Shown: positions 1 to 10,379, counted from the first letter of the stretch. The stretch: DNA of 64,000 nt from Patescibacteria group bacterium (GCA_023382875.1 JAHDXH010000002.1:69724-133723); one strand, 5' to 3'. The notes: generated by a model not told the origin, from the letters alone. Numbers and translations: made by a program.

Positions 1-629
1 TCATATGTTGGTCCGGTCACAGCCAAATAAGTTCCTTGGTGAATATTTTTCTTAAATTCCAAACTCGCCAAACTTAATTTTTGTCTGAGCTTTTCATCAT
101 AGGCGCCATTCATTGGTTGAAAGCGCTCGATTATTTGTCCGTTGTCGACTCTAGTAAATGCGAAATGTTGTCCCAAGAGAGGATTGGGCAAAAAGTTAAT
201 GTGAGATTTGATAATCATCAGATCCCCAACCTCGTAGTCGAGGTTGAGACCACCGGCTGCATTGGTAACAAAGTAGTTTTTGACACCAAGTTCTGCTAAA
301 AAATGAACGGCAAAAACGGTTTGTAATATACCTTCATTGTTAGGCAAATCGGCCACTTCGTAAAAGTGCTTGCGTCCTTTTAGACCAATTACGGGAATAC
401 CAGCTAGCTTGCCAATTATTAACTTGCCTTCATGCCCTGCCACAGTAGTAGTGGGGAAATGAGGAATTTCTGAATAATCAAATTCAGCAGTAACCTTAAT
501 TTTTTCTGCTAAATCACCTAAGCCAGAACCAAGCGTTAGGCCAAATTCAAGATTAAGGCCTTCTGTGTGTGGTCGTAAAAAATCACTTGCAGTTTTGACT
601 TTACTTAAATAATCAGATTGATAAGGCAT
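1..629 (-). CDS. Purine-nucleoside phosphorylase (trimeric PNP/XapA type), 3' end runs off the window
   Basis: Not in the ORF track. Manual translation from ATG at 629: MPYQSDYLSK...GLTLGSGLG...IPHFPTTTVAGHEG...GRKHFYE...TNAAGGLN...VTGPTY(E). Confidence 0.9.
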   Translation of the reverse strand, partial: MPYQSDYLSKVKTASDFLRPHTEGLNLEFGLTLGSGLGDLAEKIKVTAEFDYSEIPHFPTTTVAGHEGKLIIGKLAGIPVIGLKGRKHFYEVADLPNNEGILQTVFAVHFLAELGVKNYFVTNAAGGLNLDYEVGDLMIIKSHINFLPNPLLGQHFAFTRVDNGQIIERFQPMNGAYDEKLRQKLSLASLEFKKNIHQGTYLAVTGPTY

Positions 630-632
630 AGC

Positions 633-3458
633 TTATGCTAGCTTTAATCTTTCACCTTTTGCAAGTTTAGTTTTGGTTTTTTCTTCAATCGCTTGTTGCC
701 ATGCACTTGGCCACTCTGGACATTCAACTGTAACAATTTTGTTGACATCTAATCCAGCTTCTTTTCTTAAACTCTGAATAGAGCGCATTAGTTCTCTGGC
801 CTCACCCTCAGCTTTTAATTCTGGAGATAAATTGAAGTCGAGGTTGATAGAAATTTCTCCATCTTCGTTTTGCCAAACCACATCTTTGACATTGAGTTCA
901 CTCATTAATAACTCTTTGAGGTGAGAAAACTCTGCTGGCTGTGGGCCGGTCACCGTCAACAATGACAATGGTTGTCTTACTCTGACTCCCTGATCTCTCC
1001 TAGCACTATGGGTTAGCTCAGTAACTTTTTGGATTGTTTCCATTTGTTTGGTGAGTGATTCGTTTTTTAGTTGAGCATACGAGCTAAACTCTGGCCAATT
1101 GGTGTGATGAATAGAAGTTGTTTCATCTGTCATGCTTTGGTGTAAAGTTTCACTAAAGAATGGAGTAAATGGCGCATAAAGTTGAGCTAGAGTGTATAGG
1201 GTGTGTCCTAAAACTTGGCCAGCTTCTTTATTATCTTTTAATCTCTCGCGGGACAATCTTAAGTACCAATTAGACATATCAGCTATAAAATCGATCAACA
1301 AACGGCTAGATCTAACTAAATCATAATTGTTCATGTTGGTTGTAACTTCTTCAATCAAAGTAGCTAATCTAGCCAATAACCATTGATCCAAAATATGTTT
1401 TGGCTTAGCTGGCACGGCTTTGAAATCTAAACTTTGATCAGCAAAGCTTTGGTAGAAGCTGAAAACATTCCACCAAATTACAAAAACTTTGCGACGTAGG
1501 TCGGCCACTTCTTTTTCTGAAAAATTAAGATTTTCCGCTTTTAAAACTGGGGAGCTAGACATGTATAAGCGCAAACTATCTGCACCGTATTTATTGATCA
1601 CAACCGCAGGATCTGGATAGTTCATCAAGCGCTTGCTCATTTTTTTGCCATCTTCAGCTAAAACAATTCCGTTGACGATGACGTTTTTGAAGGCAGTGGA
1701 ATTTTTAATACCGCCAGCAATGACGTGTAAGTAATAAAACCAAGCTCTAGTTTGGTCAACACCTTCGCCGATGAACTCAGCAGGGAAGTTTTGCTCAAAA
1801 GTATCTTTGTTTTCAAAAGGATAGTGAGCTTGACCATAGGGCATAGATCCAGAGTCAAACCAAGTATCGATGACGTCAGGAACACGCTTCATTGTTTTGC
1901 CACACTTTTGGCATGGCATGGTAACTTTATCAACGATATGTTTGTGAAGATCAGTTACTTTTACACCAGAATCATTTTCAAGTTCGCTAACTGATCCATA
2001 AACTTTACTTTCACCACATTCACATTTCCAAATTGGAATGACGCTAGCCCAAAATCTTTGTCTAGAAATTGACCAATCTTTAGCACCTTTTAGCCAATTG
2101 CCCCAGCGGCCTGTTTTAATATGGTCAGGAGACCAATTAATATCTTCGGCTAATTTTAAGAGCTTATCTTTGATTTTAGTAACTGCTACAAAATAACTAC
2201 CTGTAGCATAATTAAGTAGTGGGGTGTCACATCGCCAGCAGTGTGGATAGGAGTGAGTGACTTTGAGTTTGCTCCACAATGAATCATGGTGTGCTAGATA
2301 TTTAATGATTTCAATGTCGGTTTGTTGCGGATTGTCTTTTGGCTTGACTTCTAGATCGGCAAAGTCAGTAACTTTGCTGACAAAGCGACCATTCATACCA
2401 ACATGTTGGATTAATTCAACGTTTTCAACTTTACCAACTTTGTAGTCGTCTTCACCAAAGCCAGGGGCGATGTGCACCACGCCAGTGCCATCTTCGCTGG
2501 AGACAAACTCAGCTCCAACCACACGGAAAGCATTAGCGGTGCCTTTGTAATATGGGAAAAGTGGCTCATAGTTTAGGTCAACCAAATTTTCTCCAGTAAG
2601 AGTTTTGATAACTTCAATCGCGTTTTGACCTTTGACAAATTTCATTCTTTCTTCGGCTGCTAAGTAGAAGTTTTCTTCATCGGCTTTTTTGAAGAGTACG
2701 TATTTCATTTTTGGATTAACCGCGAGCAAGAAGTTGCCTGGTAATGTCCATGGAGTAGTGGTCCAAGCCAAAACAAAAGTTGGTTTATCCAAATTAAGTT
2801 TTTCTTTGGCGTTGGTAACTTGAAATTTTGCGACGACAGAAATATCAGTGACATCTTTGTAGCCTTCGGTAACTTCAGACTGTGACAAAGTAGTTTCACA
2901 ACGAGGACAAATGTGCATGGAGCGGTGATCTTCATAAACAAGTCCATTGTCATAAAGTTCTTTAAAGACCCACCAGACTGATTCCATAAAACTTAAATCC
3001 ATGGTCTTGTAGTCATTTTCCATGTCTGCCCAGCGACCAAGTCGCTTGATCATGACTTTCCAATCACTGACGTAACTCAAAACTTTGGAGCGACAAACTT
3101 CGTTAAATTTATCCACACCCAACTCTACGATTTCTTTTTTTTGAGTGATGCCCAATTCTTTTTCAGCAATGTTTTCGATTGGTAAACCATGGCAATCCCA
3201 ACCCCATTTTCTTTCGACTCTTTTGCCGCGCATGGTCCAATAACGTGGTACTACATCTTTCATGGTACTGGCTAGTAAATGTCCATAGTGCGGCAGACCA
3301 GTAGCAAAGGGTGGTCCGTCATAAAAAACATAACCATTTTTGGGATCGCGCATTTCAATTGATTTTTCAAATGAATGATTATCTTCCCAATATTTTTGGA
3401 CTTCTTCTTCTAATTTAGAGAAGTCTGGTGTTTTGCTAAAGTCTGTTACTTTTGGCAT
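633..3458 (-). CDS. ileS: Isoleucyl-tRNA synthetase (type 2 / IleRS2-like)
   Basis: DGPPFATGLPHYGH, GWDCHGLPIE, WTTTPWTLP, WSISRQRFW, DQTRAWFY and KMSKR motifs. Confidence 0.97.
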   Translation of the reverse strand: MPKVTDFSKTPDFSKLEEEVQKYWEDNHSFEKSIEMRDPKNGYVFYDGPPFATGLPHYGHLLASTMKDVVPRYWTMRGKRVERKWGWDCHGLPIENIAEKELGITQKKEIVELGVDKFNEVCRSKVLSYVSDWKVMIKRLGRWADMENDYKTMDLSFMESVWWVFKELYDNGLVYEDHRSMHICPRCETTLSQSEVTEGYKDVTDISVVAKFQVTNAKEKLNLDKPTFVLAWTTTPWTLPGNFLLAVNPKMKYVLFKKADEENFYLAAEERMKFVKGQNAIEVIKTLTGENLVDLNYEPLFPYYKGTANAFRVVGAEFVSSEDGTGVVHIAPGFGEDDYKVGKVENVELIQHVGMNGRFVSKVTDFADLEVKPKDNPQQTDIEIIKYLAHHDSLWSKLKVTHSYPHCWRCDTPLLNYATGSYFVAVTKIKDKLLKLAEDINWSPDHIKTGRWGNWLKGAKDWSISRQRFWASVIPIWKCECGESKVYGSVSELENDSGVKVTDLHKHIVDKVTMPCQKCGKTMKRVPDVIDTWFDSGSMPYGQAHYPFENKDTFEQNFPAEFIGEGVDQTRAWFYYLHVIAGGIKNSTAFKNVIVNGIVLAEDGKKMSKRLMNYPDPAVVINKYGADSLRLYMSSSPVLKAENLNFSEKEVADLRRKVFVIWWNVFSFYQSFADQSLDFKAVPAKPKHILDQWLLARLATLIEEVTTNMNNYDLVRSSRLLIDFIADMSNWYLRLSRERLKDNKEAGQVLGHTLYTLAQLYAPFTPFFSETLHQSMTDETTSIHHTNWPEFSSYAQLKNESLTKQMETIQKVTELTHSARRDQGVRVRQPLSLLTVTGPQPAEFSHLKELLMSELNVKDVVWQNEDGEISINLDFNLSPELKAEGEARELMRSIQSLRKEAGLDVNKIVTVECPEWPSAWQQAIEEKTKTKLAKGERLKLA

Positions 3459-3483
3459 ATTTAAATTTTATGTAATTGCTAAT

Positions 3484-3527
3484 AAAAAAATCCCTTGCTC
3501 AACACGAAATTCATGTTGACCAAGGGA
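3484..3527 (-). terminator. Intrinsic terminator of the ileS leader (attenuator)
   Basis: UCCCUUG-GUCAACAUGA...UCGUGUUGAG-CAAGGGA followed by U7; its 5' arm overlaps the antiterminator 3' strand. Confidence 0.85.
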
Positions 3528-3659
3528 CCTTCTTTTTGAGGTGGTGCCACCCTAATTTTTTACTTATTCCTGCGATTACGGGCTTACCCGCAAAGTTCTA
3601 CTAAGCTGTTCGCCGTTCTTCTTTGACCTTACTCGTTGATAGCGAGTTCAATCGGTGTT
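3484..3659 (-). promoter_or_regulatory. T-box riboswitch (Ile, AUC specifier, ultrashort Stem I) upstream of ileS
   Basis: Minus strand shows the hairpin ACUCG-CUAUCAA-CGAGU with AUC (plus-strand 3638-3640), Stem II with GAA/AGUA, CGGGUAAGCCCGUAA, the T-box AAUUAGGGUGGCACCAC (3541-3557), and an antiterminator closing with GGUCCC. Confidence 0.9.
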
Positions 3660-3665
3660 ATAGGA

Positions 3666-3674
3666 ATTATAGCA
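3666..3674 (-). promoter_or_regulatory. Extended -10 promoter (TGcTATAAT) for the T-box/ileS transcript
   Basis: Consensus TGnTATAAT about 7-10 nt before Stem I. Confidence 0.7.
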
Positions 3675-3693
3675 CAGTGGATAGAGACAATTT

Positions 3694-4983
3694 TTATTGT
3701 CTTAAGAAGGCAGGAATTTCGAATTCTTCGCCAAAATCATCAGATTGATCGGTGGATTGACCAGAAGATTTTGGTTTTTGATCTTCTTGGTCATCTTTTT
3801 TTGATTGATTGAAGCTTTGGCTGGAAACAAAAGGACTGGTGGGTTTTGAGGTGTTAGTGGGATTGTTTTCACCGCTCATGGTCGGTTGAACAAAGCCTGT
3901 TGGAGCACGATCAATCTTTGGTGGTTCGGTTGGCTTGGAAGTGAAGGTAGCAGGGTTGTAACCCAAGCGACGATTAGCATCTTGAGTGAAAGCGCCAAAG
4001 AATGGTCGTTTGGCTGTGCCGTAGCCACTGTTTTCAAAACCGGTGGCGATAACAGAAATTTTGATGTTTGAACCCATTTCTTCGTTGATAGTAGCACCAA
4101 AAATAATGTTTGCGTCTGGATCAGCAGCGTTAGCGATGATAGCGGATGCATCAGCAACTTCTGACATCGACATATCAGAACTACCAATAATGTTGTAAAG
4201 AATGCCTTTGGCACCATCGATAGAAATTTCAAGGAGTGGAGAAGAAATTGCCATGCGAGCAGCGGTGACAGCGCGATTCTCACCTGAAGCCTCGCCAATA
4301 CCCATCAAGGCAGAACCAGAGTCAAGCATGATAGTTTTGACGTCAGCAAAGTCAACATTGATAAGACCGGGGACGGTAATGAGATCAGAAATTCCTTGCA
4401 CACCTTGTCCTAAGACATTGTCGGCAAGTTTGAAAGCTTCAAGAAGGGTCACTTTGTTGTTGACCACTTCCATGAGGCGTTGGTTAGGGATAACAATCAA
4501 GGTATCGACTTTGTCTTTGAGAGCGGCAATGCCTTCTTCGGCACTTTGCATGCGTCTAACACCTTCAAACATGAATGGCTTAGTGACGACAGCGACGGTC
4601 AGAGCGCCAGACTCTTTGGCGATTTCTGCAATGACAGAAGATGCGCCTGTGCCAGTGCCACCACCCATGCCGGCTGTGATAAAGACCATGTCAGTATCAA
4701 AAACTAAATCTTTGATTTTTTCTCGTGATTCTTCAGCGGCAGCACGGCCAACTTCAGGGTCGGCACCAGAGCCTAAGCCACGAGTAAAATTATTACCAAT
4801 TTGAACTTTGGTGTCAGCTTTTGATGTGAGTAAAGCCTGGGCATCTGTATTAACGGCGATGAACTCTACACCTTTGATAGCAGCTGACTCAATCATGGAA
4901 TTGACGGCGTTGCCACCACCACCTCCAACACCAATAACTTTGATTTTGGCGAATGTGGCGTTGTTTGGTTTAACGAGTCCCAT
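3694..4983 (-). CDS. ftsZ: Cell division protein FtsZ
   Basis: [19 protein letters not shown] tubulin signature, INVDFADV, C-terminal EIPAFLR. Confidence 0.99.
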   Translation of the reverse strand: MGLVKPNNATFAKIKVIGVGGGGGNAVNSMIESAAIKGVEFIAVNTDAQALLTSKADTKVQIGNNFTRGLGSGADPEVGRAAAEESREKIKDLVFDTDMVFITAGMGGGTGTGASSVIAEIAKESGALTVAVVTKPFMFEGVRRMQSAEEGIAALKDKVDTLIVIPNQRLMEVVNNKVTLLEAFKLADNVLGQGVQGISDLITVPGLINVDFADVKTIMLDSGSALMGIGEASGENRAVTAARMAISSPLLEISIDGAKGILYNIIGSSDMSMSEVADASAIIANAADPDANIIFGATINEEMGSNIKISVIATGFENSGYGTAKRPFFGAFTQDANRRLGYNPATFTSKPTEPPKIDRAPTGFVQPTMSGENNPTNTSKPTSPFVSSQSFNQSKKDDQEDQKPKSSGQSTDQSDDFGEEFEIPAFLRQ

Positions 4984-5078
4984 GATAGTAATTTCCGTTT
5001 ATAAAATGAATGGTAATATCTTTTACCACAAAATTGTCTCAAAGTGTATCACTGCTTTTGATCGAGTAACGAGTAGAT

Positions 5079-6410
5079 TTAAGGAATAATTGATTTAAGA
5101 ATCTTTTTGATTTTTTCACCAAAAGAGCCCATGCCGGAAAGATTGATGCTGCTAAGTCCTTTGAAGACTGAGCCAAAATCCATTGATTTTTTAGGTTCAC
5201 TGATTGCACCCTGTGCCATAGCATATTCTACCAAGCCAAGACTGGTAGCAAAAGCTGGTCTAACTAGATCGCTGGTAACTCCTTCGACTTCTCTTGGCTT
5301 GCCGACTCTGGCTGGCAAGTTGAGGGTGCGTTTGGCTGTTTCGACCATGGCGACCGTTTCAGCGCCACCACCCGCAATGACTACTCCAGCAGGAATAAGA
5401 TTGAGCAAATTATTTTTCTCAAGATCAGTCCCAATCAAAGTAAAAATTTCTTTGATTCTGGGAATCATGATGCCTTCAATGATTTTGGATCGAGCGAGTT
5501 CTTTAGTTCCTTCTTCTTCAATGCCTAGTTTTTCTAGGTCAATTTTGTCGGCAACTTTGCGACGACGGTTGAGGTCCTCTTTTGATTCTCCGGGTTTGGG
5601 TTGAGGTAATTCAAAATCTTTGCTGGATAATTTGAGTTTTAATTTTTCTGCGGATTCAAGACTAATCGAACAACCAACCGCCATGTCTTTGGTGATGTGT
5701 TTGGCTCCAACAGGAATCGAAGTGGAGTATTCAAGGCAACCCTCGACGTAAACACAAATAGTACTGCAATCAGAACCAATATCAACCACGGCTACACCCA
5801 ACTCTTTTTCTGTTTCGGTAGCAACAGCCATGGCACTAGCTAGGCCAGAAAAAACGAAACCTTTGAGTTCGATGCCAAGGTCATTAACAGCCTTGTGAGT
5901 GTTTTTAAGAGAAGTTGTTAATCCAGAAATAATGTGAGCTTCCGATTCTAGGCGGATGCCAGTCATACCAACGGGATCTTTAATGCCTAATTGAGAATCA
6001 ACTTTGAAATCTCGAGGAACAACATGGATGATTTGACGGTCGTTGGGAAGAGTGACGGCACGAGCAGCTTCAATAACTTTGTCGACATCTTCTCTGGTAA
6101 TTTCACCAGTTGGTGAAGAAACGGCGACTACGCCTTTGGAATTTTGTGAGCGAATATGAAGTCCGGACACACTAACAAAGGCTTCAGTAATTTGAACACT
6201 TGCCATTCTTTCGGCTGCGTCTAAACTTTCGGTCAAAGTGGCAGAAACCTCTTCGAGGTTGATAATGGCACTTTTTTTAATACCTCTAGATTTGACAGCG
6301 GAAAAGCCAATAATTTGGAGTTTGTGTGTTTCTTCATTAACAGTAGCCACTAACGTGACACATTTGTCTGTTCCTAAATCAATAACGGCAACTATCGGTT
6401 TTTTCGACAT
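5079..6410 (-). CDS. ftsA: Cell division protein FtsA
   Basis: IDLGTDK, DPVGMTGIRLE, VVDIG, GGGA actin-fold motifs; directly upstream of ftsZ. Confidence 0.96.
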   Translation of the reverse strand: MSKKPIVAVIDLGTDKCVTLVATVNEETHKLQIIGFSAVKSRGIKKSAIINLEEVSATLTESLDAAERMASVQITEAFVSVSGLHIRSQNSKGVVAVSSPTGEITREDVDKVIEAARAVTLPNDRQIIHVVPRDFKVDSQLGIKDPVGMTGIRLESEAHIISGLTTSLKNTHKAVNDLGIELKGFVFSGLASAMAVATETEKELGVAVVDIGSDCSTICVYVEGCLEYSTSIPVGAKHITKDMAVGCSISLESAEKLKLKLSSKDFELPQPKPGESKEDLNRRRKVADKIDLEKLGIEEEGTKELARSKIIEGIMIPRIKEIFTLIGTDLEKNNLLNLIPAGVVIAGGGAETVAMVETAKRTLNLPARVGKPREVEGVTSDLVRPAFATSLGLVEYAMAQGAISEPKKSMDFGSVFKGLSSINLSGMGSFGEKIKKILKSIIP

Positions 6411-6440
6411 CTTTACTTAAGCATAACAAATAGTTGAGGT

Positions 6441-7019
6441 TTATGCCTGTGGAATTTGTTTTTCCCAGTCTTGTCCATTCCATAAACCTAAAGCTAGTTT
6501 GACAATAATGGAATATTCTTCGGTACGATCCACAAAACCCTTGGTCACAACGCCAATGGCTCCTTGCTTTTGTTTGATTGAAGGATCGGCGAAAAGTTGG
6601 CCAACTGCTGGTCCCATTTCTTCACCTGCTAATAATTTTTCAGAAATAATTTTTGGTAGTTTGAACCTTGCGCCATTGCTTTCAAATTTTTGACCAGTTT
6701 GATCGGTGACACAGGCCCAAACAGTTGACCACAATTCTTGTGGTAGGTGTTCGTAAACACCACCTTCAAGTCCAACTCCTAAGATTTGGTTTTGGTGTTT
6801 TTCAAGCTGTGCTGGCGAGAGATTTTTTATGCCGGCCAGTAAAACATTAGCGGCTCGGTTTTGGGCACCAGTTCTAGTTTCTTCATCCGTTCGTGGTTGA
6901 GCATTAATGCCACTTTCGACTTCGATGCCAATTACTTCAGCATTTGGCCAAGAATTTTGACAAGCATTTTTGACTGCATTAATTTTAACTGGGTTAGTGG
7001 AGCCAACAAAGATGATCAT
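6441..7019 (-). CDS. yjjX: Inosine/xanthosine triphosphatase (YjjX/DUF84 family)
   Basis: VGSTNPVK, AQP...EETRTGAQNRA, GVGLEGG, KQKQGAIG; start moved to ATG 7019, overlapping the sufU stop. Confidence 0.88.
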   Translation of the reverse strand: MIIFVGSTNPVKINAVKNACQNSWPNAEVIGIEVESGINAQPRTDEETRTGAQNRAANVLLAGIKNLSPAQLEKHQNQILGVGLEGGVYEHLPQELWSTVWACVTDQTGQKFESNGARFKLPKIISEKLLAGEEMGPAVGQLFADPSIKQKQGAIGVVTKGFVDRTEEYSIIVKLALGLWNGQDWEKQIPQA

Positions 7020-7399
7020 TTTTTCTGGTTTTCGCTTAATAAGTTTTGAACGGCTGTGAGGCCAATCATCATGCATTTTAATCTTCCAGGGGCAATAGAT
7101 TCTAGGTCCAAAAGCCCTAGCATTTCCCGATGTGTCAGTTGAAGAATTCGGGTGATTGGTTTACCGATAATTTCCTGTGATAGCAAGCTCATTGCTGCCA
7201 TGCTAATACTGCAACCTTGACCAGTCCATTTTAGATCTTCCAAGACTTGTTTTTGATCATCAATTCTTAAAGTGATTTGAATCATGTCGCCACAAGACGG
7301 ATTGTACTTGGCTGTTTTTAAATGATTGCCAGTTAAGGCTCCATAGTGAGCGGGGTTTTTGGCTTCGTCTAAAATAATTTGGGTAAAAAGATCAGACAT
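7016..7399 (-). CDS. sufU: SufU/IscU-type Fe-S scaffold / sulfur-transfer protein
   Basis: NPSCGD, GQGCSISMA, RLKC; downstream of sufS. Confidence 0.9.
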   Translation of the reverse strand: MSDLFTQIILDEAKNPAHYGALTGNHLKTAKYNPSCGDMIQITLRIDDQKQVLEDLKWTGQGCSISMAAMSLLSQEIIGKPITRILQLTHREMLGLLDLESIAPGRLKCMMIGLTAVQNLLSENQKK

Positions 7400-7409
7400 T
7401 TATGATTTT

Positions 7410-8633
7410 TTATTTAAAAATGGTTTTTACTTTTTTGAGGGCCAAAATTAATTTATCAATATCTTCGGTCGTGGAATAAACACTAAAACTGGCTCTAACA
7501 GTGGCCACCCAGCCACAGCTTAAATGGAGAGGCATAGTGCAGTGGTGGCCACTTCTAACTGCCACTTCATCTTGGTTTAAAACTTGAGCCACATCATGAG
7601 CGTGAACACCATCATAAACAAAGGCGACTGAGCTTAATCTTTTTTCTGGATCCAGTGGGCCAATAATTTTGATTTCTGGAATTTTGCTTAATTCTTGCAA
7701 GGCATAGTTTGTTAATTGTCGCTCATGATCTTCAATTTTATCCATGCCAATCTTTTCTAAATAATCACAGGCTGCCGCCAAACCTACTACTGAGGCAACA
7801 TCTGGTGTACCAGCCACAAATCTTTCACTTAAATCACTATTAAAAATTGTTTGATCTTGATAAACAGATTCAATCATCCCACCTCCAAAAAGCCAAGGTT
7901 TCATCTCCTCACTTTGGAGTAATTCTTCTTTGACAAGTAGGCCTCCCACTCCCATCGGACCCAACATTTTATGGCCAGAAAAGGCATAAAAGTCGACACC
8001 CATCTTGGAAAAATTGATCTTGAGATGAGGAGCAGATTGAGCACCGTCGATAGCAATGCGACAGTTAATTTTATATTTTTTGATTAAGGTCACGATTTCA
8101 CCAATTGGATTTAGTGTACCAAGTGTATTGCTGACGTGAATCAAAGAAACTAGCTTAATTTTTTCTTTGAAAGTATTGAGTTTGTTTTCAAAGTCAGCCA
8201 AGTCGATTTGTCCATCTGCTGTTAGATTGATAAAAACTAATTTAGTGTGATTTCTTTTGCTTAATTCTTGCCATGGCACAATATTGGCATGGTGTTCCAT
8301 TAGTGAAACTAAAATGACGTCTTCGGCATGTAAGTTATATGAAGCCCAGCCGTAGGCAATGCCGTTAAGAGCCTCAGTGGCATTACGAGTAATAATCAAT
8401 TCGTGATTTTTTGCGCCAAAAAAAGTGGCGATTTTTTCTTTACTTTGGTCAAAAGCGGTGGTGCTTAAATCAGAAAGCAGGTGAACTCCACGATGAACAT
8501 TAGCACAAGAAGTGGCGTAATAATTGTTCATGGCATCTAAAACCGCTTGTGGTTTTTGGGTAGTTGCTGAGTTATCCAAGTATGCTAGCTGTGGATAGGT
8601 TTTGAAGATTGGGAAATCTTGTTTGTAAGACAT
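7410..8633 (-). CDS. sufS: Cysteine desulfurase, SufS family
   Basis: YLDNSATTQKP, ANVHRG, FSGHKMLGP (PLP Lys), RSGHHC. Confidence 0.95.
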   Translation of the reverse strand: MSYKQDFPIFKTYPQLAYLDNSATTQKPQAVLDAMNNYYATSCANVHRGVHLLSDLSTTAFDQSKEKIATFFGAKNHELIITRNATEALNGIAYGWASYNLHAEDVILVSLMEHHANIVPWQELSKRNHTKLVFINLTADGQIDLADFENKLNTFKEKIKLVSLIHVSNTLGTLNPIGEIVTLIKKYKINCRIAIDGAQSAPHLKINFSKMGVDFYAFSGHKMLGPMGVGGLLVKEELLQSEEMKPWLFGGGMIESVYQDQTIFNSDLSERFVAGTPDVASVVGLAAACDYLEKIGMDKIEDHERQLTNYALQELSKIPEIKIIGPLDPEKRLSSVAFVYDGVHAHDVAQVLNQDEVAVRSGHHCTMPLHLSCGWVATVRASFSVYSTTEDIDKLILALKKVKTIFK

Positions 8634-8640
8634 ATAGGTA

Positions 8641-9285
8641 TTATATGTTAGTAAATTGAGTTTTCAGCACCGGCAATTTGAACCGTGTGTCAATTTCTTT
8701 AATCGATGCATCGACTTGCCCCTTGATGTCAATATGATCAAGAGTAGTTTTGAGCCTGTAAATACCTGTGACAATATCTTGCTTGTCGATTAGCGCTCTA
8801 TATTCACTGCCACGGTTTTCAAAATAGACAATTAAAACTTGATTGATAAATTCAATTTTGTTGAAATTAATTTGAGCTTTTTTAAGCTCATTAGTCAAAT
8901 TATTGGCGAGTTCAGTTACTTGCGGATCGTGGTTTTCATAGTCTGATTTTTTAATTTCACTGCCAACTAAATTGAAATAATCTCGATTTTCTTCTTTTAA
9001 AGTAACAACCAAAGTGTTGGGAAGTTTTTTTTGGATTTTCACTTCTGAAAATTGCCCAGAAATTTGATCAAGATCGCTAAAAAATAATGATTGATTTTTT
9101 AGTTTGGAAATTTTTTCGAGAGTTTGGGTGGTGCACTGAGAGTTTTGACTATAGCACTCAATATTTTTAATAGAAAAAAAAGAATTAGCTAAGAAAAGTA
9201 GTGAGCCAAAAATAAATAAAAAAAGTAAGGGTCTAACTTTGCTTAATCGGTTTTTTTCTAGAGGAGAGGTTTGATGAGGTTCCAT
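8641..9285 (-). CDS. FtsQ/DivIB-like bitopic protein
   Basis: One N-terminal TM, FFSIKNIE and KKLPNTLVVTLKE POTRA-like segments, C-terminal EIDTRF; position after murG. Confidence 0.65.
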   Translation of the reverse strand: MEPHQTSPLEKNRLSKVRPLLFLFIFGSLLFLANSFFSIKNIECYSQNSQCTTQTLEKISKLKNQSLFFSDLDQISGQFSEVKIQKKLPNTLVVTLKEENRDYFNLVGSEIKKSDYENHDPQVTELANNLTNELKKAQINFNKIEFINQVLIVYFENRGSEYRALIDKQDIVTGIYRLKTTLDHIDIKGQVDASIKEIDTRFKLPVLKTQFTNI

Positions 9286-10379
9286 AATTTGGCAGCTCCA
9301 TTGGTATTGGGTTTATGGGTTTCTAATTTTCTTCTCATCGATTTTTGCATTTTTTTCAACTGATTGATTTTGTCTATCAATGTTTCAGCACTTAAGTTTT
9401 TTTGCTCTAGTAAGATAGCCGCGCCAGTATCAGTTAAAGTTCTAGCGTTGAGAAGCTGTTCGTTGCCCTTGGCAAAAGGTAAGGGAATAAAGATGGTGGG
9501 AATTTGCGCGAAGGCAATTTCTTGAACGGTATTAGCACCAGCTCTCGAAACAGCTCCGTCGGCAATGTTGTAAACCCAAGCCATCTCGCTCGTGGTGAGC
9601 CACTCTTTGACAATGTAGTTCTTGCGATGACCGGCGGGTAAGCTTTGTTTAATTTTTTCCAGTTCTATAGTGTAGTTGATAGAACTAGTGGGATTGCCGC
9701 AGGCATGGATAATATTCCAGTTATGAATAATTTTGGGCAAAATTTGTGAAACAGTAGTATTGATAATATAAGAGCCCTGGTTGCCACCTGTAATCAATAA
9801 GGTTGGTTTTTCTTGGTTAAGGTCGTTTGACCACTCGGGTCTTTGGGGTTTGGTGGAAATTAGGTCGGGGCGAATTGGGTTGCCTGTGACAACACTTTTA
9901 TTTTTGGGAAAAAACTTCAAGCTTTCTTTATGGGAAACAGCCACAATTTTGGCGAATTTGGCTAGGAATAAGTTGGCTTGGCCGGCAGAAACTGTTTGTT
10001 CGTGAGTAATAACAGGAATACCAGAAATCCATGCAGCCAACCCCAGTGGTACCGCCAAATATCCGCCAAAAGAAACAAAAACTTTTGGTCGATGTCTAAC
10101 CATGATTGAGAATGCTTTTAAAATTGAGATGGCAAGCTTTGGTCCAACTAAAACTTTTTCTAAAATATTAGTGGCAGGTCGGGGAGCGTCGAAGCTAACA
10201 AATTTTATTTGTCTTTTTTCTACTTCGGTTTTTTCTTGAGCTTTCTGTTTGTCGATGTCTTGGCTGTAAATTCTTCCGGCAAAAATTACTTCTAATTCTT
10301 CAACCTTATTGTCTTTAAGATAGTCAATTAATGCTAGAGCTGGAGTTAGATGCCCTCCAGAGATCAAGATTCTTTTCAT
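9258..10379 (-). CDS. murG: MurG glycosyltransferase (GT28)
   Basis: SGGHLTPA, FGGY, HEQ, TGNPIR, TGGNQGS, SRAGANT, EQLLNA. Confidence 0.95.
   Translation of the reverse strand: MKRILISGGHLTPALALIDYLKDNKVEELEVIFAGRIYSQDIDKQKAQEKTEVEKRQIKFVSFDAPRPATNILEKVLVGPKLAISILKAFSIMVRHRPKVFVSFGGYLAVPLGLAAWISGIPVITHEQTVSAGQANLFLAKFAKIVAVSHKESLKFFPKNKSVVTGNPIRPDLISTKPQRPEWSNDLNQEKPTLLITGGNQGSYIINTTVSQILPKIIHNWNIIHACGNPTSSINYTIELEKIKQSLPAGHRKNYIVKEWLTTSEMAWVYNIADGAVSRAGANTVQEIAFAQIPTIFIPLPFAKGNEQLLNARTLTDTGAAILLEQKNLSAETLIDKINQLKKMQKSMRRKLETHKPNTNGAAKLWNLIKPLL

Noticed and set aside
3694-4983. FtsZ as the substrate of the MATCAP-like/ATP-grasp system
   Set aside because: FtsZ ends in PAFLRQ rather than an acidic or aromatic tail, and it lies over 30 kb away; only the tubulin analogy supports the idea.
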